Shown piece by piece: positions 10,154 to 19,959 of a stretch of DNA of 64,000 nucleotides. The DNA comes from an uncultured Alphaproteobacteria bacterium. GTDB taxonomy: Bacteria; Pseudomonadota; Alphaproteobacteria; RF32; CAG-239. The notes under the pieces are model-generated. The model was not told the DNA's origin, did not search any database, and saw only the letters and a program-made list of their open reading frames with translations. The stretch is from positions 6,135 through 70,134 of the forward strand of contig CASDOS010000059.1 in the NCBI GenBank assembly GCA_949282205.1. Reading direction: 5' to 3'. The position numbers were made by a program, and so were the translations under genes. Position 1 is the stretch's first letter. Each line of letters starts with the position of its first letter.

Positions 10154-11129
10154 AAGAAAACAAATGCCTAAAATATCAATAATCATACCTGTCTATAATG
10201 CTGAAAAATATCTGGAAATGACATTAAATTCTGTGCGAACTCAGACATTTACGGATTACGAAGTAATTTGCATGAATGATGGATCTACAGATAAATCATT
10301 ACAAATATTAGAAAAATTTGCAAAACAAGATAATCGCTTCAAAATATATAGCCAATCTAATGCAGGAGGTAGTGAGGCTCGCAATAATGCGATAAAAAAG
10401 GCAACTGGTGAATATATTGCATTTTTAGATAATGATGACATATATCACCCAAATTACTTAGAAATATTGTTTTATAATATAGAAAACTACGAAGCAGATG
10501 TTAGTTGTTGTTCATATGTACGTTTTGAAGGAGAGGAGGACTATAAATTTAATCAAGATAAGGATACTAAAAAGGGCATATTTGTTTCAGAAAATCCTTT
10601 TATAGATAAATTTAAGCGAAAAAAGAAAATAGAAACCCTGATGTGGACCAAGCTATATAAAAAAGAATTACTTCAAGAAATAAAATTCTCAGAAAAATTA
10701 CCCGCAATCAATGATATATTATTTAATGTAGAAATATTATTGAAGAGTAAAAAGTTAGTGCAGACGAAAGAAAAATTAATTGCATATCGCATAATTCCAA
10801 CTTCTCAAACAATGAAAAAATTAACATTAAATCGCTTAGAAGAATATAGAAACCTAGCCATAGAGTTAAAACAATTATCAAAAAGATATGAAAAATATAA
10901 CAATATAATAGAAAAAATAACCGCCAACTACATCTATGGAATGTATGTAACAGAGGTAAAAGACAAATATAAAATAGCAGATGAACCAGAACTATACAAA
11001 AAAATCGCACAAAATATAGCAGCCCTAAAAGAACAGAAAATATTTAATCCGCAAAAATTAAAACTTAGTCGACAAATACAATTATTTTTCTTTTTAAGAA
11101 AGATAAAGAAAACAAATGAAGCAGAATAA
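10137..11129 (+). CDS. Glycosyltransferase family 2
   Basis: ISIIIPVYNAEKYLEMTLNSVRTQTFTDYEVICMNDGSTDKS. Confidence 0.8.
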   Translation: MRKISRRKQMPKISIIIPVYNAEKYLEMTLNSVRTQTFTDYEVICMNDGSTDKSLQILEKFAKQDNRFKIYSQSNAGGSEARNNAIKKATGEYIAFLDNDDIYHPNYLEILFYNIENYEADVSCCSYVRFEGEEDYKFNQDKDTKKGIFVSENPFIDKFKRKKKIETLMWTKLYKKELLQEIKFSEKLPAINDILFNVEILLKSKKLVQTKEKLIAYRIIPTSQTMKKLTLNRLEEYRNLAIELKQLSKRYEKYNNIIEKITANYIYGMYVTEVKDKYKIADEPELYKKIAQNIAALKEQKIFNPQKLKLSRQIQLFFFLRKIKKTNEAE

Positions 11130-11139
11130 TAACAAACAA

Positions 11140-11162
11140 AAAAGCTTCCCGAAGGAAGCTTT
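11140..11162. terminator. Bidirectional hairpin terminator
   Basis: aaagcttccttcgggaagcttt palindrome between convergent genes. Confidence 0.5.
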
Positions 11163-11165
11163 ATA

Positions 11166-12041
11166 TTAAAACTCAACAACTTGAATAATTTCACCCTTTT
11201 GGTAAATAACCACTTTGGTTAATTCGCCTTTAGAATTAAATTCCTTAGCAGTTCCGTGCAACAAATCATTTTTACGCTGAGCTAAAATTTTAGGTTTTTC
11301 ATTTTCATAGTAAGAATATGCCGGACCTTCACGTTTGCCGTTAACATATTCCACATAAGTAGTCAAATGATTTTCAGGAGTATAAAAGCGGGAAGGACCA
11401 TGCAATTTTCCTTTTTTGTAAGTAATGGAAGATTTAACGGCTCCGTTGTCGTAATATTCCTCAAACACGCCGTTTTTCTTTCCGTTAATATAGCTCCCCT
11501 TGCGTAACAAATCGCCATTAGGATAATAAGCCAATTGAGCGCCGGAGAGTTTTCCCTTACGAAAATAACTTATTTCCTGTTCAGTTCCATTTTGATAAAA
11601 AGTAATTGTTTTTCCATGAGGAAGACCATTTTTATATTCTGCCTCCATAATCACGTTTCCATTATCATCAAAAGCCTTATAAAGACCGCTGATTTTTCCG
11701 TTTACAAAGTGGATTTCTTCTTTAAGTTGCATATTATCGGCATAATTTTGATAAACACCTGTAATAGGTTTATGAGCGGCATCATAGCGAATACCGTTTT
11801 CTTCAAAAGAAGTGTCATCGGAATAAAGGGTAGTGAGTTGCGCAACATGGCAAGCGGAAAGCAAAAAAAGCACCGCGCCTAAACCGGCGATTTTCCGAAC
11901 AGCAGATTTACTCTGAGCCAGTTTTCGTAAAATCAATTTTCGCAAAGCAATTTTTCTGGTCGCAAATTTCCGCGCAGCGGTAGTTAAAATATCCTTTTTC
12001 GCCATATTACACCTCATCAAAAGCACAAGAAAAATAGTCAT
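11166..12041 (-). CDS. MORN-repeat (YwqK-like) protein, N-terminally membrane anchored
   Basis: Repeated YxNGxxxxExxYxxGKxxG modules; hydrophobic segment near the N-terminus. Confidence 0.7.
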   Translation of the reverse strand: MTIFLVLLMRCNMAKKDILTTAARKFATRKIALRKLILRKLAQSKSAVRKIAGLGAVLFLLSACHVAQLTTLYSDDTSFEENGIRYDAAHKPITGVYQNYADNMQLKEEIHFVNGKISGLYKAFDDNGNVIMEAEYKNGLPHGKTITFYQNGTEQEISYFRKGKLSGAQLAYYPNGDLLRKGSYINGKKNGVFEEYYDNGAVKSSITYKKGKLHGPSRFYTPENHLTTYVEYVNGKREGPAYSYYENEKPKILAQRKNDLLHGTAKEFNSKGELTKVVIYQKGEIIQVVEF

Positions 12042-12157
12042 AAAAAAGTTAAAATAGGGTAAACAAAAATAAAGCTGTAGAAAAAATAAGAAAAAAATGG
12101 CAATTAGGAGAGAGTACGTTATTCTAAAGCGGGAGTAAAAAAAGCGAGGAAGAAAGG

Positions 12158-12628
12158 ATGAAATATAAAAAAGTGTTGTACACCAAGATTTCTCCGGAAA
12201 AAAGCAAGCGTCATCGACAATTTTACGATCGCCGCGTCAAAAAAGCGTTTATTCAATATTTAGCATACAGCGGATGGTTTGACGGCGTATTGGAAGAAAA
12301 AGAAATAGAAGAGGCCAAAAAAGGCTATCTTCCCCCGGATTTGGATGTTCATCACATTTTTCCGTTATCGGGATCAGAATCAATGGAAGTACATTCATTT
12401 ACCAATATGTCGGTTATACACAAATCAACTCATCTGGCGATAAATCGCCAGATTTTTTATCCGCAATTAAAAGATGTGAGTAATATGCAAGAGGGAGAAA
12501 CACGAGAAATACTAATTCCGATATTTAAGCCCGTAGACGCGGGAAGAATAATTGCGATACGCAATCGTCAGACCAAGCGCCCATGGCAAATGTTAAAGAA
12601 TATATCCTTAGCGGGGTATACGCATTAA
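12158..12628 (+). CDS. HNH-motif protein
   Basis: DVHHIFPL...H pattern; weak. Confidence 0.45.
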   Translation: MKYKKVLYTKISPEKSKRHRQFYDRRVKKAFIQYLAYSGWFDGVLEEKEIEEAKKGYLPPDLDVHHIFPLSGSESMEVHSFTNMSVIHKSTHLAINRQIFYPQLKDVSNMQEGETREILIPIFKPVDAGRIIAIRNRQTKRPWQMLKNISLAGYTH

Positions 12629-12692
12629 AGAGAGGAAGCGGATATAACAAAGCGTTTAAAATAAATAATTTAGAAACGAAGGAGCAAGTAAA

Positions 12693-13052
12693 GTGTTAAG
12701 ATTTTTAAGTTTAATAGTCGGCGCCGTTTTAATAACCACGCCGGTGGAAGCTGGTAAGAAGAAACTTCCCGCGTTAGAAGACAATAAAGCCTATGTTTTA
12801 TATTTAGAGGGCTGTCCGATATGCAACCAAGCGCTTGAATATATAAACGAGAGATATTTTACGCGTCCGGATGTTGTCAGAGTAAATATAGAAACGGAAG
12901 AAGGGCAGGCATTATTAAAACAATGCGCCAAGAAGTTTAATTTTACGCGTATATTGGCCCCGGTGATATGTGTTGGCGACAAGTATTTTATGGGGTGGTC
13001 AGGGAGAGCTGCGAAAGACTTTGACCGCTATTTAATAGATTTACATGAATAA
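12693..13052 (+). CDS. Secreted thioredoxin/glutaredoxin-like protein (CPIC motif)
   Basis: Signal peptide followed by LEGCPICNQ CxxC motif. Confidence 0.5.
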   Translation: MLRFLSLIVGAVLITTPVEAGKKKLPALEDNKAYVLYLEGCPICNQALEYINERYFTRPDVVRVNIETEEGQALLKQCAKKFNFTRILAPVICVGDKYFMGWSGRAAKDFDRYLIDLHE

Positions 13053-13114
13053 GGGGAAGGATATATATTGAAAACCGAGAATAAAGTTATATTTAAGAAG
13101 TCAAAGGAGAAGTA

Positions 13115-13792
13115 ATGGAAGAAGAAGCGCTGTTTGCTCTAAGTAATGGATTATACGTTTTGGGAGCAAAAGAAAATGAGAGATATGTAGGTTCGCTGGT
13201 AGACGCCGTTTCGCAAGTCGCCATGGGGCCCGACATGATAATTTTATCGTGTATGAACAGTAGTTATACGAAGCAGGCGATAGAAGAAAGCGGAGTTTTT
13301 TCCATAAGTGTTCTGGCCAAATCGACAGATCCTCTTGTGGTAGCAAATTTCGGTTATCAAAGCAGTCGCGATATAGACAAGTGGAATAATGTGGTAAAAG
13401 AAATCAGAGATGACTTACCATATTTATCAACGGCAATGGCGAAGATACGCGCCCGTGTCGTAAGTAAAGAGGTTTTTCCGAACAATACCTTATTTATAGC
13501 CGAGGTAGAAGATGCCTTTGATTGTAAAAAAGGGGAAAAACCGCTGACGTATCATGATTACAGAAATGGATATAAGGAGAAAGTAAAGATGGCCTATCAA
13601 TCAATAAAGAAAGAGGATGAAGAAATGAAGTCAAAAGGGAGCCTCCAAGCAGGTTTGTCTGAAAAAAAATGGGTATGTACGGTATGCGGATATGTTTATG
13701 ACGGAGACATTTCGTTTGAAGAGTTGCCTGAAGACTGGGTATGTCCGTTGTGCGGAGTTGGTAAGGAATTATTTGAATTAAGAGAAGCCTAA
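13115..13792 (+). CDS. Flavin-reductase-like domain fused to C-terminal rubredoxin
   Basis: C-terminal [13 protein letters not shown]...[10 protein letters not shown] (two CxxC, rubredoxin). N-terminus resembles the flavin-reductase-like FMN-binding fold. Confidence 0.7.
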   Translation: MEEEALFALSNGLYVLGAKENERYVGSLVDAVSQVAMGPDMIILSCMNSSYTKQAIEESGVFSISVLAKSTDPLVVANFGYQSSRDIDKWNNVVKEIRDDLPYLSTAMAKIRARVVSKEVFPNNTLFIAEVEDAFDCKKGEKPLTYHDYRNGYKEKVKMAYQSIKKEDEEMKSKGSLQAGLSEKKWVCTVCGYVYDGDISFEELPEDWVCPLCGVGKELFELREA

Positions 13793-13802
13793 GCGCAAAA
13801 CA

Positions 13803-13830
13803 CCCGTATTCAAGTGAATACGGGTGAATT
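13803..13830 (+). terminator. Hairpin terminator
   Basis: cacccgtattca-cttgaatacgggtg palindrome followed by T-rich run. Confidence 0.5.
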
Positions 13831-13847
13831 TTTAAGCAAAAAAAGAA

Positions 13848-14447
13848 CTATTGAGCTTTCGGATAACCGACAGCTTCAGTCATAACGACTTCTGTATCGC
13901 CGTCAAGATTGAGAGCTTGTTTGATTTCATCACGGTCATAAAGTCCGCGAACGACGCATTTTAAGTTTTCGGAAGCGCAATAGAGGCTTGCATTTTGATA
14001 CATAGAGCCTGCGTGCATTTCACCATATTTTTTATCTTTTGTAACGAATAAAAGATGAACAGGGGCATCAAGTGCAAATTTTTGATCTTTAGCCAAGATA
14101 TAGCGAAAATCATCGGAGCCGAGTTGTTTCAAAGCATTATTTTTAGCATCATAGATATAAGAACCGGAAGGAATCAAGACATATAAATCAATATCTTGCC
14201 GATTTCTGGCGGTAGGAACAACACGTTTACCGTCTTCGGAAGAGATTCCCCAAGTAGCCCAGAGCAAATCGGATAAGTGTTTATCAGAAAGCATTTTTGT
14301 ATCAAAAGTACGTCCGGAACGACGCGCGGCAATAGCATCCATAAGAGGGATACCGCCGGAAGTAGAGGGTTCGGGCAATTTAATATCAGCGGCATAGACG
14401 GTAGAAGCGGAGAGCATCATCATCGCTCCAAGAACAAATTTTTTCAT
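13848..14447 (-). CDS. Secreted nitroreductase-family protein
   Basis: Signal peptide MKKFVLGAMMMLSASTVYA, then RRSGRTF nitroreductase N-motif. Start moved to the ATG that has an AGGAGGT ribosome-binding site. Confidence 0.6.
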   Translation of the reverse strand: MKKFVLGAMMMLSASTVYAADIKLPEPSTSGGIPLMDAIAARRSGRTFDTKMLSDKHLSDLLWATWGISSEDGKRVVPTARNRQDIDLYVLIPSGSYIYDAKNNALKQLGSDDFRYILAKDQKFALDAPVHLLFVTKDKKYGEMHAGSMYQNASLYCASENLKCVVRGLYDRDEIKQALNLDGDTEVVMTEAVGYPKAQ

Positions 14448-14623
14448 AAGACCTCCCAAATAAAAATAGATTACAACGAGTAAAATATAGTCCCCCAAAG
14501 CGTAAAAAGTCTTTAACAAAACCGATTTACCCACAAAAAAGGGGATAAGTGAAGAGAAATATTGCGGATTTGGGCGGTTATGGGGCTAAATAAGGGGAGA
14601 TAAAAAACTAAAAAGGGACGAAG

Positions 14624-15358
14624 ATGAATCGGCGTGAATTCATAATCAATTCGCTGATGACGCTGGGCGGAATGACATTGTTATCGGCGTGTAAGGAAGA
14701 GAAACAGATAAGGGAAAAGAAAGGAGAAGATAAGATGAAAGTATTGATGATAAACGGCAGTGCGCATGAAGAAGGCTGCACCTATACAGCTTTGAGTGAA
14801 GTAGCTAAGGTATTGAAAGAAGAGGGAATAGAGAGCGAGATTATTCAACTTGGCGCCAATGCGTACAGAGATTGTGTCGGTTGCGGCGGATGTCGTAAAT
14901 TGGGACATTGTGTATTTACGGATGATATCGTCAATGAGTTGGTAGAGAAGGCAAAGCGAGCTGATGGTTTTATATTCGGGACACCGGTGTACTATGCGCA
15001 TCCGTCAGGAAGGTTGTTAAGTGTGTTAAATCGCGCATTTTACTCAGGCGGCGCCGCATTTGCCTATAAACCCGGAGCGGCCATAGCATCAGCCAGACGA
15101 GCCGGCACCATTGCATCGGTGGATGTAATAAACAAGTATTTTACGATTAATAACATGCCGGTAATATCCTCAACTTATTGGAACGAAGTGCATGGTAATA
15201 CGCCAGAAGAGGTAAAACAAGATGCGGAAGGAATGCAGACCATGCGCAATTTAGGTAAAAACATGGCGTGGGCCCTAAAGTTGATAGAAGAGGGTAAGAA
15301 GTTGGGTATTCAAACCCCAGAACCGGAAAGAGGAGCAAGAACCAACTTCATTCGCTAA
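14624..15358 (+). CDS. NADPH-dependent FMN reductase / iron-sulfur flavoprotein-like. Alternative start at 14735 (MKVLMINGS) has a strong ribosome-binding site.
   Basis: MKVLMINGSAHEEG flavodoxin-like start plus CVGCGGCRKLGHC cysteine cluster. The upstream 37 aa resemble a Tat/lipoprotein signal (RREFI...LLSAC). Confidence 0.6.
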   Translation: MNRREFIINSLMTLGGMTLLSACKEEKQIREKKGEDKMKVLMINGSAHEEGCTYTALSEVAKVLKEEGIESEIIQLGANAYRDCVGCGGCRKLGHCVFTDDIVNELVEKAKRADGFIFGTPVYYAHPSGRLLSVLNRAFYSGGAAFAYKPGAAIASARRAGTIASVDVINKYFTINNMPVISSTYWNEVHGNTPEEVKQDAEGMQTMRNLGKNMAWALKLIEEGKKLGIQTPEPERGARTNFIR

Positions 15359-15426
15359 AAAAAGATTGACAAAAAAATAAAAAGAGTACAATTTAAAAGC
15401 TGTCTAACAATTAAAGATATATTTTT

Positions 15427-15792
15427 ATGGAAAATTTTATTATGAGTAGTTCCGTACTGCTGAATGCTCAGTGTTGCGGAGGAGATGTTTGGGGGATTTT
15501 ATTATTAGCCTGCTTTCTTTTTCTGCTTGCCGCAATCATAGCAAAGATAGGAGATGTTCGTTGTGAAAGCAAACGACAAGAAAAATTTGCTGATTATTGT
15601 CAGAAACGCTCAGCTTTTTATCGCAAGGAACGAGAAAAAGTTCTGAATTATTACCGAGAAAAGGCTCAAAAAAACGGTCATCTTACGGATAAAGAGCTTG
15701 AGGAAGCCCGTTTCTACATGGAAATTAACAGTGGTGGTGAAGATGGCTGGGAAGAAGAATATAAAAAATTCCGTCAAGAATTACATTGTTAA
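15427..15792 (+). CDS. Small membrane protein (1 TM + charged C-terminal tail)
   Basis: Hydrophobic WGILLLACFLFLLAAIIA; own TTGACA/TACAAT promoter and a terminator of the same type as the J-gene cassette. Confidence 0.5.
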   Translation: MENFIMSSSVLLNAQCCGGDVWGILLLACFLFLLAAIIAKIGDVRCESKRQEKFADYCQKRSAFYRKEREKVLNYYREKAQKNGHLTDKELEEARFYMEINSGGEDGWEEEYKKFRQELHC

Positions 15793-15810
15793 AGCAATCA
15801 AGCAATTAAT

Positions 15811-15845
15811 AAACGCCTCTTGAGAAGGGGCGTTTTGCTTTTTAA
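15811..15845 (+). terminator. Rho-independent terminator (cassette copy 1)
   Basis: aaacgcctcttgagaaggggcgttttgcttttt. Confidence 0.65.
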
Positions 15846-15871
15846 AAAGATGCTACGAATAAACAAAAAAC

Positions 15872-15930
15872 TTGACAAAAGAGAAGAGGGTGTTAGGATA
15901 ATGCCAATTAACAATTATTATGAACCTAAA
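15872..15930 (+). promoter_or_regulatory. Conserved promoter (TTGACA-16-TGnTAGGAT) plus conserved leader CAATTAACAATTATTATGAACCTAAAA with uORF ATG at 15920
   Basis: Near-identical copies upstream of all four J-domain genes. Confidence 0.6.
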
Positions 15931-15941
15931 ACCTTTATGTT

Positions 15942-17474
15942 ATGAAAAGATTATTATTTATTTTGAGCTGTCTAATGATAGTCAGCCTAAGCTATGCAGA
16001 CACAGTTTACGGAAGGTTAGAAAAACTGGAAGGAAACTGTGCAACGGTACATGTATATCCAGACAATGGTACACCGCAAGTTGTTACGTTAAATTTAAAA
16101 GACACCGAAGATAAATATCTGCACCAACCGCTACGAGCAGAGGGGCAAGGTGTTTTTGTTTATAATGGCAATACTTTAAGTCAAGTAGATGAAGATGCAG
16201 CAAGGCGTATTTTACAGGTAACCTTACATGAAATTTTTTGTATGACTTTGGTTCTAGTGGGGGTTGCGTTCATTTTATCTTTGAAATTTAAGCGTATAGA
16301 AGCACAGATTATAAGTAAAAAAAGGCAACTGCTGGTAAAAATACAATATGGCGTACTTTGCCTTTCTTTATTTATAACAGCTAATGGTGTTTTAGGCCTT
16401 TGGTTAAGACCTCAATTAGAGCTAGTGAATTATGGTAGAGTATCCCGACTTGAGCGGTGGGCATATATTATAGAAGATGAAAATGGTAATAAACAAATTC
16501 ATGATATATCGGGATCTGTTTGGGATATCTATTATTACGCCGATGGAACCTGGGGCAATCCGACTACGGAAGGTGGAATAATTAAAGGTGGAAACAGTTA
16601 TAAGCTCTATCAAAGCTTCGGCAAAGATAGAAAAGTGATAGAAGCAACGATACGGTACGTTAATGAAAAAACAGCCTTTCAGCAGCGCGTATTAAAATAC
16701 CTAATGTTTATCGTATGGATATGTACTTTTATACTGTATATACTACCTCTATTAAGGGCAAGAATTAGACATCTGAGGCGTACCAAGGTAGAAACGGCTC
16801 GTCTGAAAGTAGAAAAAAAACGTCAAGAGCAAAAACTCAAAAAACAGCCTGAGTATCGCCGCTTTTGTGAAGAGCTTGTGACAAAGTTCTGGGTTGACTA
16901 TTTAGACAGTCCTGAAGAAACATCGGTATTGTTGGCACGTCTAAAGGTAGCCTTGCAGAACAGCGGTTATCTAAGATGGCAAGAAGAGTTTTATGATGTC
17001 ATAGCCATGCGAGCAAAAGAAAGTACTCGCCCACCGAAAGAGCAACGTCAAAAAGCATCAAATCAAGTAAAAGACGAAGAGTTGGACGATATTCGGATAA
17101 ACTTCAATGGTTTGTTTGTAACGGCTGCGCAGTATCGGATATTAAGCTCTGATATCAACGCTCAATCATTAAGTCTGGAAGATTTGATAATTTACTGTCG
17201 CAAGTTGGCGGAAAAGATGCCGGAGTTTCGGGATTTCTTGAAAGGAAAAATTATCAGAACGCCTCAAGGTTTAATTGATAACAATGAGGCTTATGCGTTG
17301 TTTGGACTGACGTTTGAAACATTGACGGAGGATAAATTGAAACAAGTGTATCGTTATTTTGCACAACTTTATCATCCTGACAAAAATCCAAATGCTAAGG
17401 CAAAGGAAATGTTTCAAAAAGTACAAAGTTACCATGCATATTTAAAAGAGGAACTCCGCCGCAAAGTTGCTTAA
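15942..17474 (+). CDS. Membrane J-domain protein (signal peptide + ~3 TM N-terminal region, C-terminal DnaJ-type J domain)
   Basis: C-terminal ...AYALFGLTFETLTEDKLKQVYRYFAQLYHPDKNPNAKAKEMFQKVQSYHAYLKEELRRKVA (HPD motif). Its C-terminal 220 aa are paralogous to the next gene. Confidence 0.8.
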   Translation: MKRLLFILSCLMIVSLSYADTVYGRLEKLEGNCATVHVYPDNGTPQVVTLNLKDTEDKYLHQPLRAEGQGVFVYNGNTLSQVDEDAARRILQVTLHEIFCMTLVLVGVAFILSLKFKRIEAQIISKKRQLLVKIQYGVLCLSLFITANGVLGLWLRPQLELVNYGRVSRLERWAYIIEDENGNKQIHDISGSVWDIYYYADGTWGNPTTEGGIIKGGNSYKLYQSFGKDRKVIEATIRYVNEKTAFQQRVLKYLMFIVWICTFILYILPLLRARIRHLRRTKVETARLKVEKKRQEQKLKKQPEYRRFCEELVTKFWVDYLDSPEETSVLLARLKVALQNSGYLRWQEEFYDVIAMRAKESTRPPKEQRQKASNQVKDEELDDIRINFNGLFVTAAQYRILSSDINAQSLSLEDLIIYCRKLAEKMPEFRDFLKGKIIRTPQGLIDNNEAYALFGLTFETLTEDKLKQVYRYFAQLYHPDKNPNAKAKEMFQKVQSYHAYLKEELRRKVA

Positions 17475-17493
17475 AAGCTCAGTTAGAATAAGC

Positions 17494-17530
17494 AAAACGC
17501 CTCTTTCAAAAGGGGCGTTTTGCTTTTTTA
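17494..17530 (+). terminator. Rho-independent terminator (cassette copy 2)
   Basis: aaaacgcctctttcaaaaggggcgttttgcttttttaaaaag. Confidence 0.65.
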
Positions 17531-17558
17531 AAAAGATGCCGACAATAAACAAAAAAAC

Positions 17559-17633
17559 TTGACAAAAGGACAAGTCGTGCTAGGATAACACCAATTAACA
17601 ATTATTATGGACTTAAAAATGTGTAAATTATGA
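17559..17633 (+). promoter_or_regulatory. Promoter TTGACA-16-TGCTAGGAT plus conserved leader; 8-codon uORF (MDLKMCKL) whose TGA overlaps the J-gene ATG as ATGA
   Basis: Leader CAATTAACAATTATTATGGACTTAAAA at 17592-17618. Confidence 0.6.
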
Positions 17634-18361
17634 GAATATTTAACGAAAAAACAATGAGCGATTCGGAACGTGAAAGAGCTAGAAAGAAAGTTGAAACAGA
17701 AGTCAAAAAACAAGCGGCGGAGAAACAAGCAGAAAGTTACCGCCTTTGTGAAAAGTTGACAGAAAGTTTCTGGAAAGATTTTTGGAACGGCGCAGAACTG
17801 TCCATACTAGTCAACCGTATAGAGTTTGCATTGCAAAACAGCGGTTACAAAGGATGGAAAGAAGAATTTTTCGATGTAATCGGTGAAAAAATCATAGAAA
17901 TACCGGAACAGTTCATTCACAACAGAGAGAAACTCAACGGGAGTGAACAGGGTTTTGACATAGATAATCTCGGCGATATTCGTATAAACTTTAATGGTTT
18001 GTTTGTAACGGCTGCGCAGTATCATATATTGAGCTGCAATGCGAAAGCACAGTCACTATGCAAGGAAGATTTACTCGTATTGTGTCGTAAGTTGGCGGAA
18101 AAGATGCCGGAATTTGCCAATTTCAAAGAGGAGCATTCAATTCAGCTCTATGTTGCGACAAAATCCACCAATGAAGCCTATGCGTTGTTCGGTTTGACAT
18201 TTGAAACACTAACGGAAACAAGTCTGAAACAAGCGTATCGCCGTTTGGCGCAGATGTATCATCCGGATAAAAACAAAGAAGCCTATGCAGCAGCAATATT
18301 CCAAAAAGTGCAGAAGTATCACACATATCTGAAAAGTGAACTCCGCCGCAAAGTTGCTTAA
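17630..18361 (+). CDS. Soluble J-domain protein (paralog of the C-terminal half of the preceding gene)
   Basis: DIRINFNGLFVTAAQY...LCRKLAEKMPEF... shared with 15942-17474; C-terminal J domain with YHPDKN. Confidence 0.8.
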   Translation: MRIFNEKTMSDSERERARKKVETEVKKQAAEKQAESYRLCEKLTESFWKDFWNGAELSILVNRIEFALQNSGYKGWKEEFFDVIGEKIIEIPEQFIHNREKLNGSEQGFDIDNLGDIRINFNGLFVTAAQYHILSCNAKAQSLCKEDLLVLCRKLAEKMPEFANFKEEHSIQLYVATKSTNEAYALFGLTFETLTETSLKQAYRRLAQMYHPDKNKEAYAAAIFQKVQKYHTYLKSELRRKVA

Positions 18362-18375
18362 AAGCTCAGTTAGAA

Positions 18376-18466
18376 TAAGCACAAATGCCTCTTGAGAAAG
18401 GGGCATTTTGCTTTTATAAGCCAAAGAAAAAAGCTGTTCCAAAGAGGAACAGCTTTTTTTTACTGA
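18376..18466. terminator. Two hairpin terminators. The first is cassette-type (aatgcctcttgagaaaggggcatttt); the second is bidirectional (aaaaaagctgttcc-aaagaggaacagcttttttt).
   Basis: Inverted repeats with flanking T- and A-tracts between convergent genes. Confidence 0.6.
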
Positions 18467-18478
18467 GTTTAGAAAAAG

Positions 18479-19903
18479 TTAATTAATAATCCTATCACTA
18501 TATACCCTCCCGGAATAAGCCCCGGTAAGTCGAGAGTGCCGTTCAGGAGCAGAATAGTGCGCACCTTCGCAAGCATAAGTAGTTTCAATCAATTCTTCGA
18601 CAAGTTCTGCAATTTTGTTATATTTTATGCAGGCTTCTGCGACGGAAAGTTTACCTTCTAAGATTTCTTGTCCAAGTTGCGCGACATCAACGCCGTCAAT
18701 TTTAGCGAAACCGGCGGCCGGAAGAGCAAGAATACGTTGCAATTCCACAGAACGATTTTTTTGCAAGGATGTACCGGCAATATTAATCAAGAAATTTTCA
18801 CCCGAAGAGTAAGCATACGCTCTTTTCTTACCAAGTTTACTCAAGAACTGAGCGGGAAAATCTTTCCCCCAGCGTTCAAAGACTTCCTGCGGTGCGAGAA
18901 TAATCTGTTCATCCCCACAGTCACGGAAGAAGAAACTGGTTCTGACCATCTGAGCATCCAACAATTCTCCTTTTCCGGAAATACAAAACCGTTTGATACC
19001 TTTCCGAGCCATTTGTTGAAGTTTTGTCAAATCTTCCTGACGCACAAGTTGTCGAGCACGATCATACGGTAAATCAGCAAAACCAATTGTTAATTTGATT
19101 TTACAGCGTTTCGTCCGTCCATTTTCGTAAGTAACTTGTTCAAATGTACGCAAATCATCGCTAAGCAAATCGTACTGTCCGTTACGAACGGCCTGAACGA
19201 AAGCGGCAAAGACGGAATGCAAATTTCCGGACATTTCAAATTTTTCATTACACTGAATACCATGTCCTTGAATAGCGCAATTAAACGGAACATAGATATC
19301 CGTATGTTCATCTAAAGCAATAATAAACGAACGCGCCTCCTGATCGACCAAGACATTCATTTTGGCAGGAAGTCCATCAAGAACATTAGGGAAGAGAGTC
19401 TTCGCCTGAGCAACTGGGACAGGTTTCCATCCGGTTAATGGCGGCCGACGAAACATATTAACAATAGTAATCGGTTTCACGGGGCAATACTCACGTTTTC
19501 CGTTGCTGTAATAGTTGACAACATAATCGGAATAGAGTTTTGCCATTGGGACATTAAGCGCCATAATCATCAAATCCTGAAGCGAATACTTTTCGGTATC
19601 AAACATAAGGTTTTGATTAATTCTAAGCCCCCAAACCCGTTCGGAATAGACCTGAACGGCGGGAGATTTACTGTCATACAGAGGCAAAAGACCGGTATTT
19701 GAAGCTAAGAGCTTTGGGTTCTGAGCTCTGACCGGAAATTTCGAAGATCTTCTCTGTAGTTCAGCGACGATAGCCGGATACGAACATTCAGATTTAATAA
19801 CAGCCGTAGAGGACGTTTGGTTCAATCCATTTTGGTCCAAAAGACGAAACACAGCATCAAAGCACAAAGTGCTCATTTTTGCTAAACTCATGTTTTTTTC
19901 CAT
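18479..19903 (-). CDS. Conserved hypothetical ~474-aa protein, 'large paralog A', family unknown
   Basis: Start moved to the conserved MEKN. The 50-aa extension in the track is a translation of the AT-rich promoter, which is shared with J gene 3. Paralogous to 21753-23183 (IKSECSYPxIV, KPITxVNxFxRPP, YVPFNC, KNGQY). Confidence 0.6.
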   Translation of the reverse strand: MEKNMSLAKMSTLCFDAVFRLLDQNGLNQTSSTAVIKSECSYPAIVAELQRRSSKFPVRAQNPKLLASNTGLLPLYDSKSPAVQVYSERVWGLRINQNLMFDTEKYSLQDLMIMALNVPMAKLYSDYVVNYYSNGKREYCPVKPITIVNMFRRPPLTGWKPVPVAQAKTLFPNVLDGLPAKMNVLVDQEARSFIIALDEHTDIYVPFNCAIQGHGIQCNEKFEMSGNLHSVFAAFVQAVRNGQYDLLSDDLRTFEQVTYENGRTKRCKIKLTIGFADLPYDRARQLVRQEDLTKLQQMARKGIKRFCISGKGELLDAQMVRTSFFFRDCGDEQIILAPQEVFERWGKDFPAQFLSKLGKKRAYAYSSGENFLINIAGTSLQKNRSVELQRILALPAAGFAKIDGVDVAQLGQEILEGKLSVAEACIKYNKIAELVEELIETTYACEGAHYSAPERHSRLTGAYSGRVYSDRIIN

Positions 19904-19959
19904 AATAGTAAAAATTAATAAGTGAAACATAGTTATAATTAGGTAGCGTCTAACATAAG

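Noticed and set aside
15920-16114. 64-aa ORF overlapping the start of the first J-domain gene
   Set aside because: Only its first four codons are conserved in the other cassettes (uORF start). The remainder is out of frame with a real signal-peptide gene and is not conserved.
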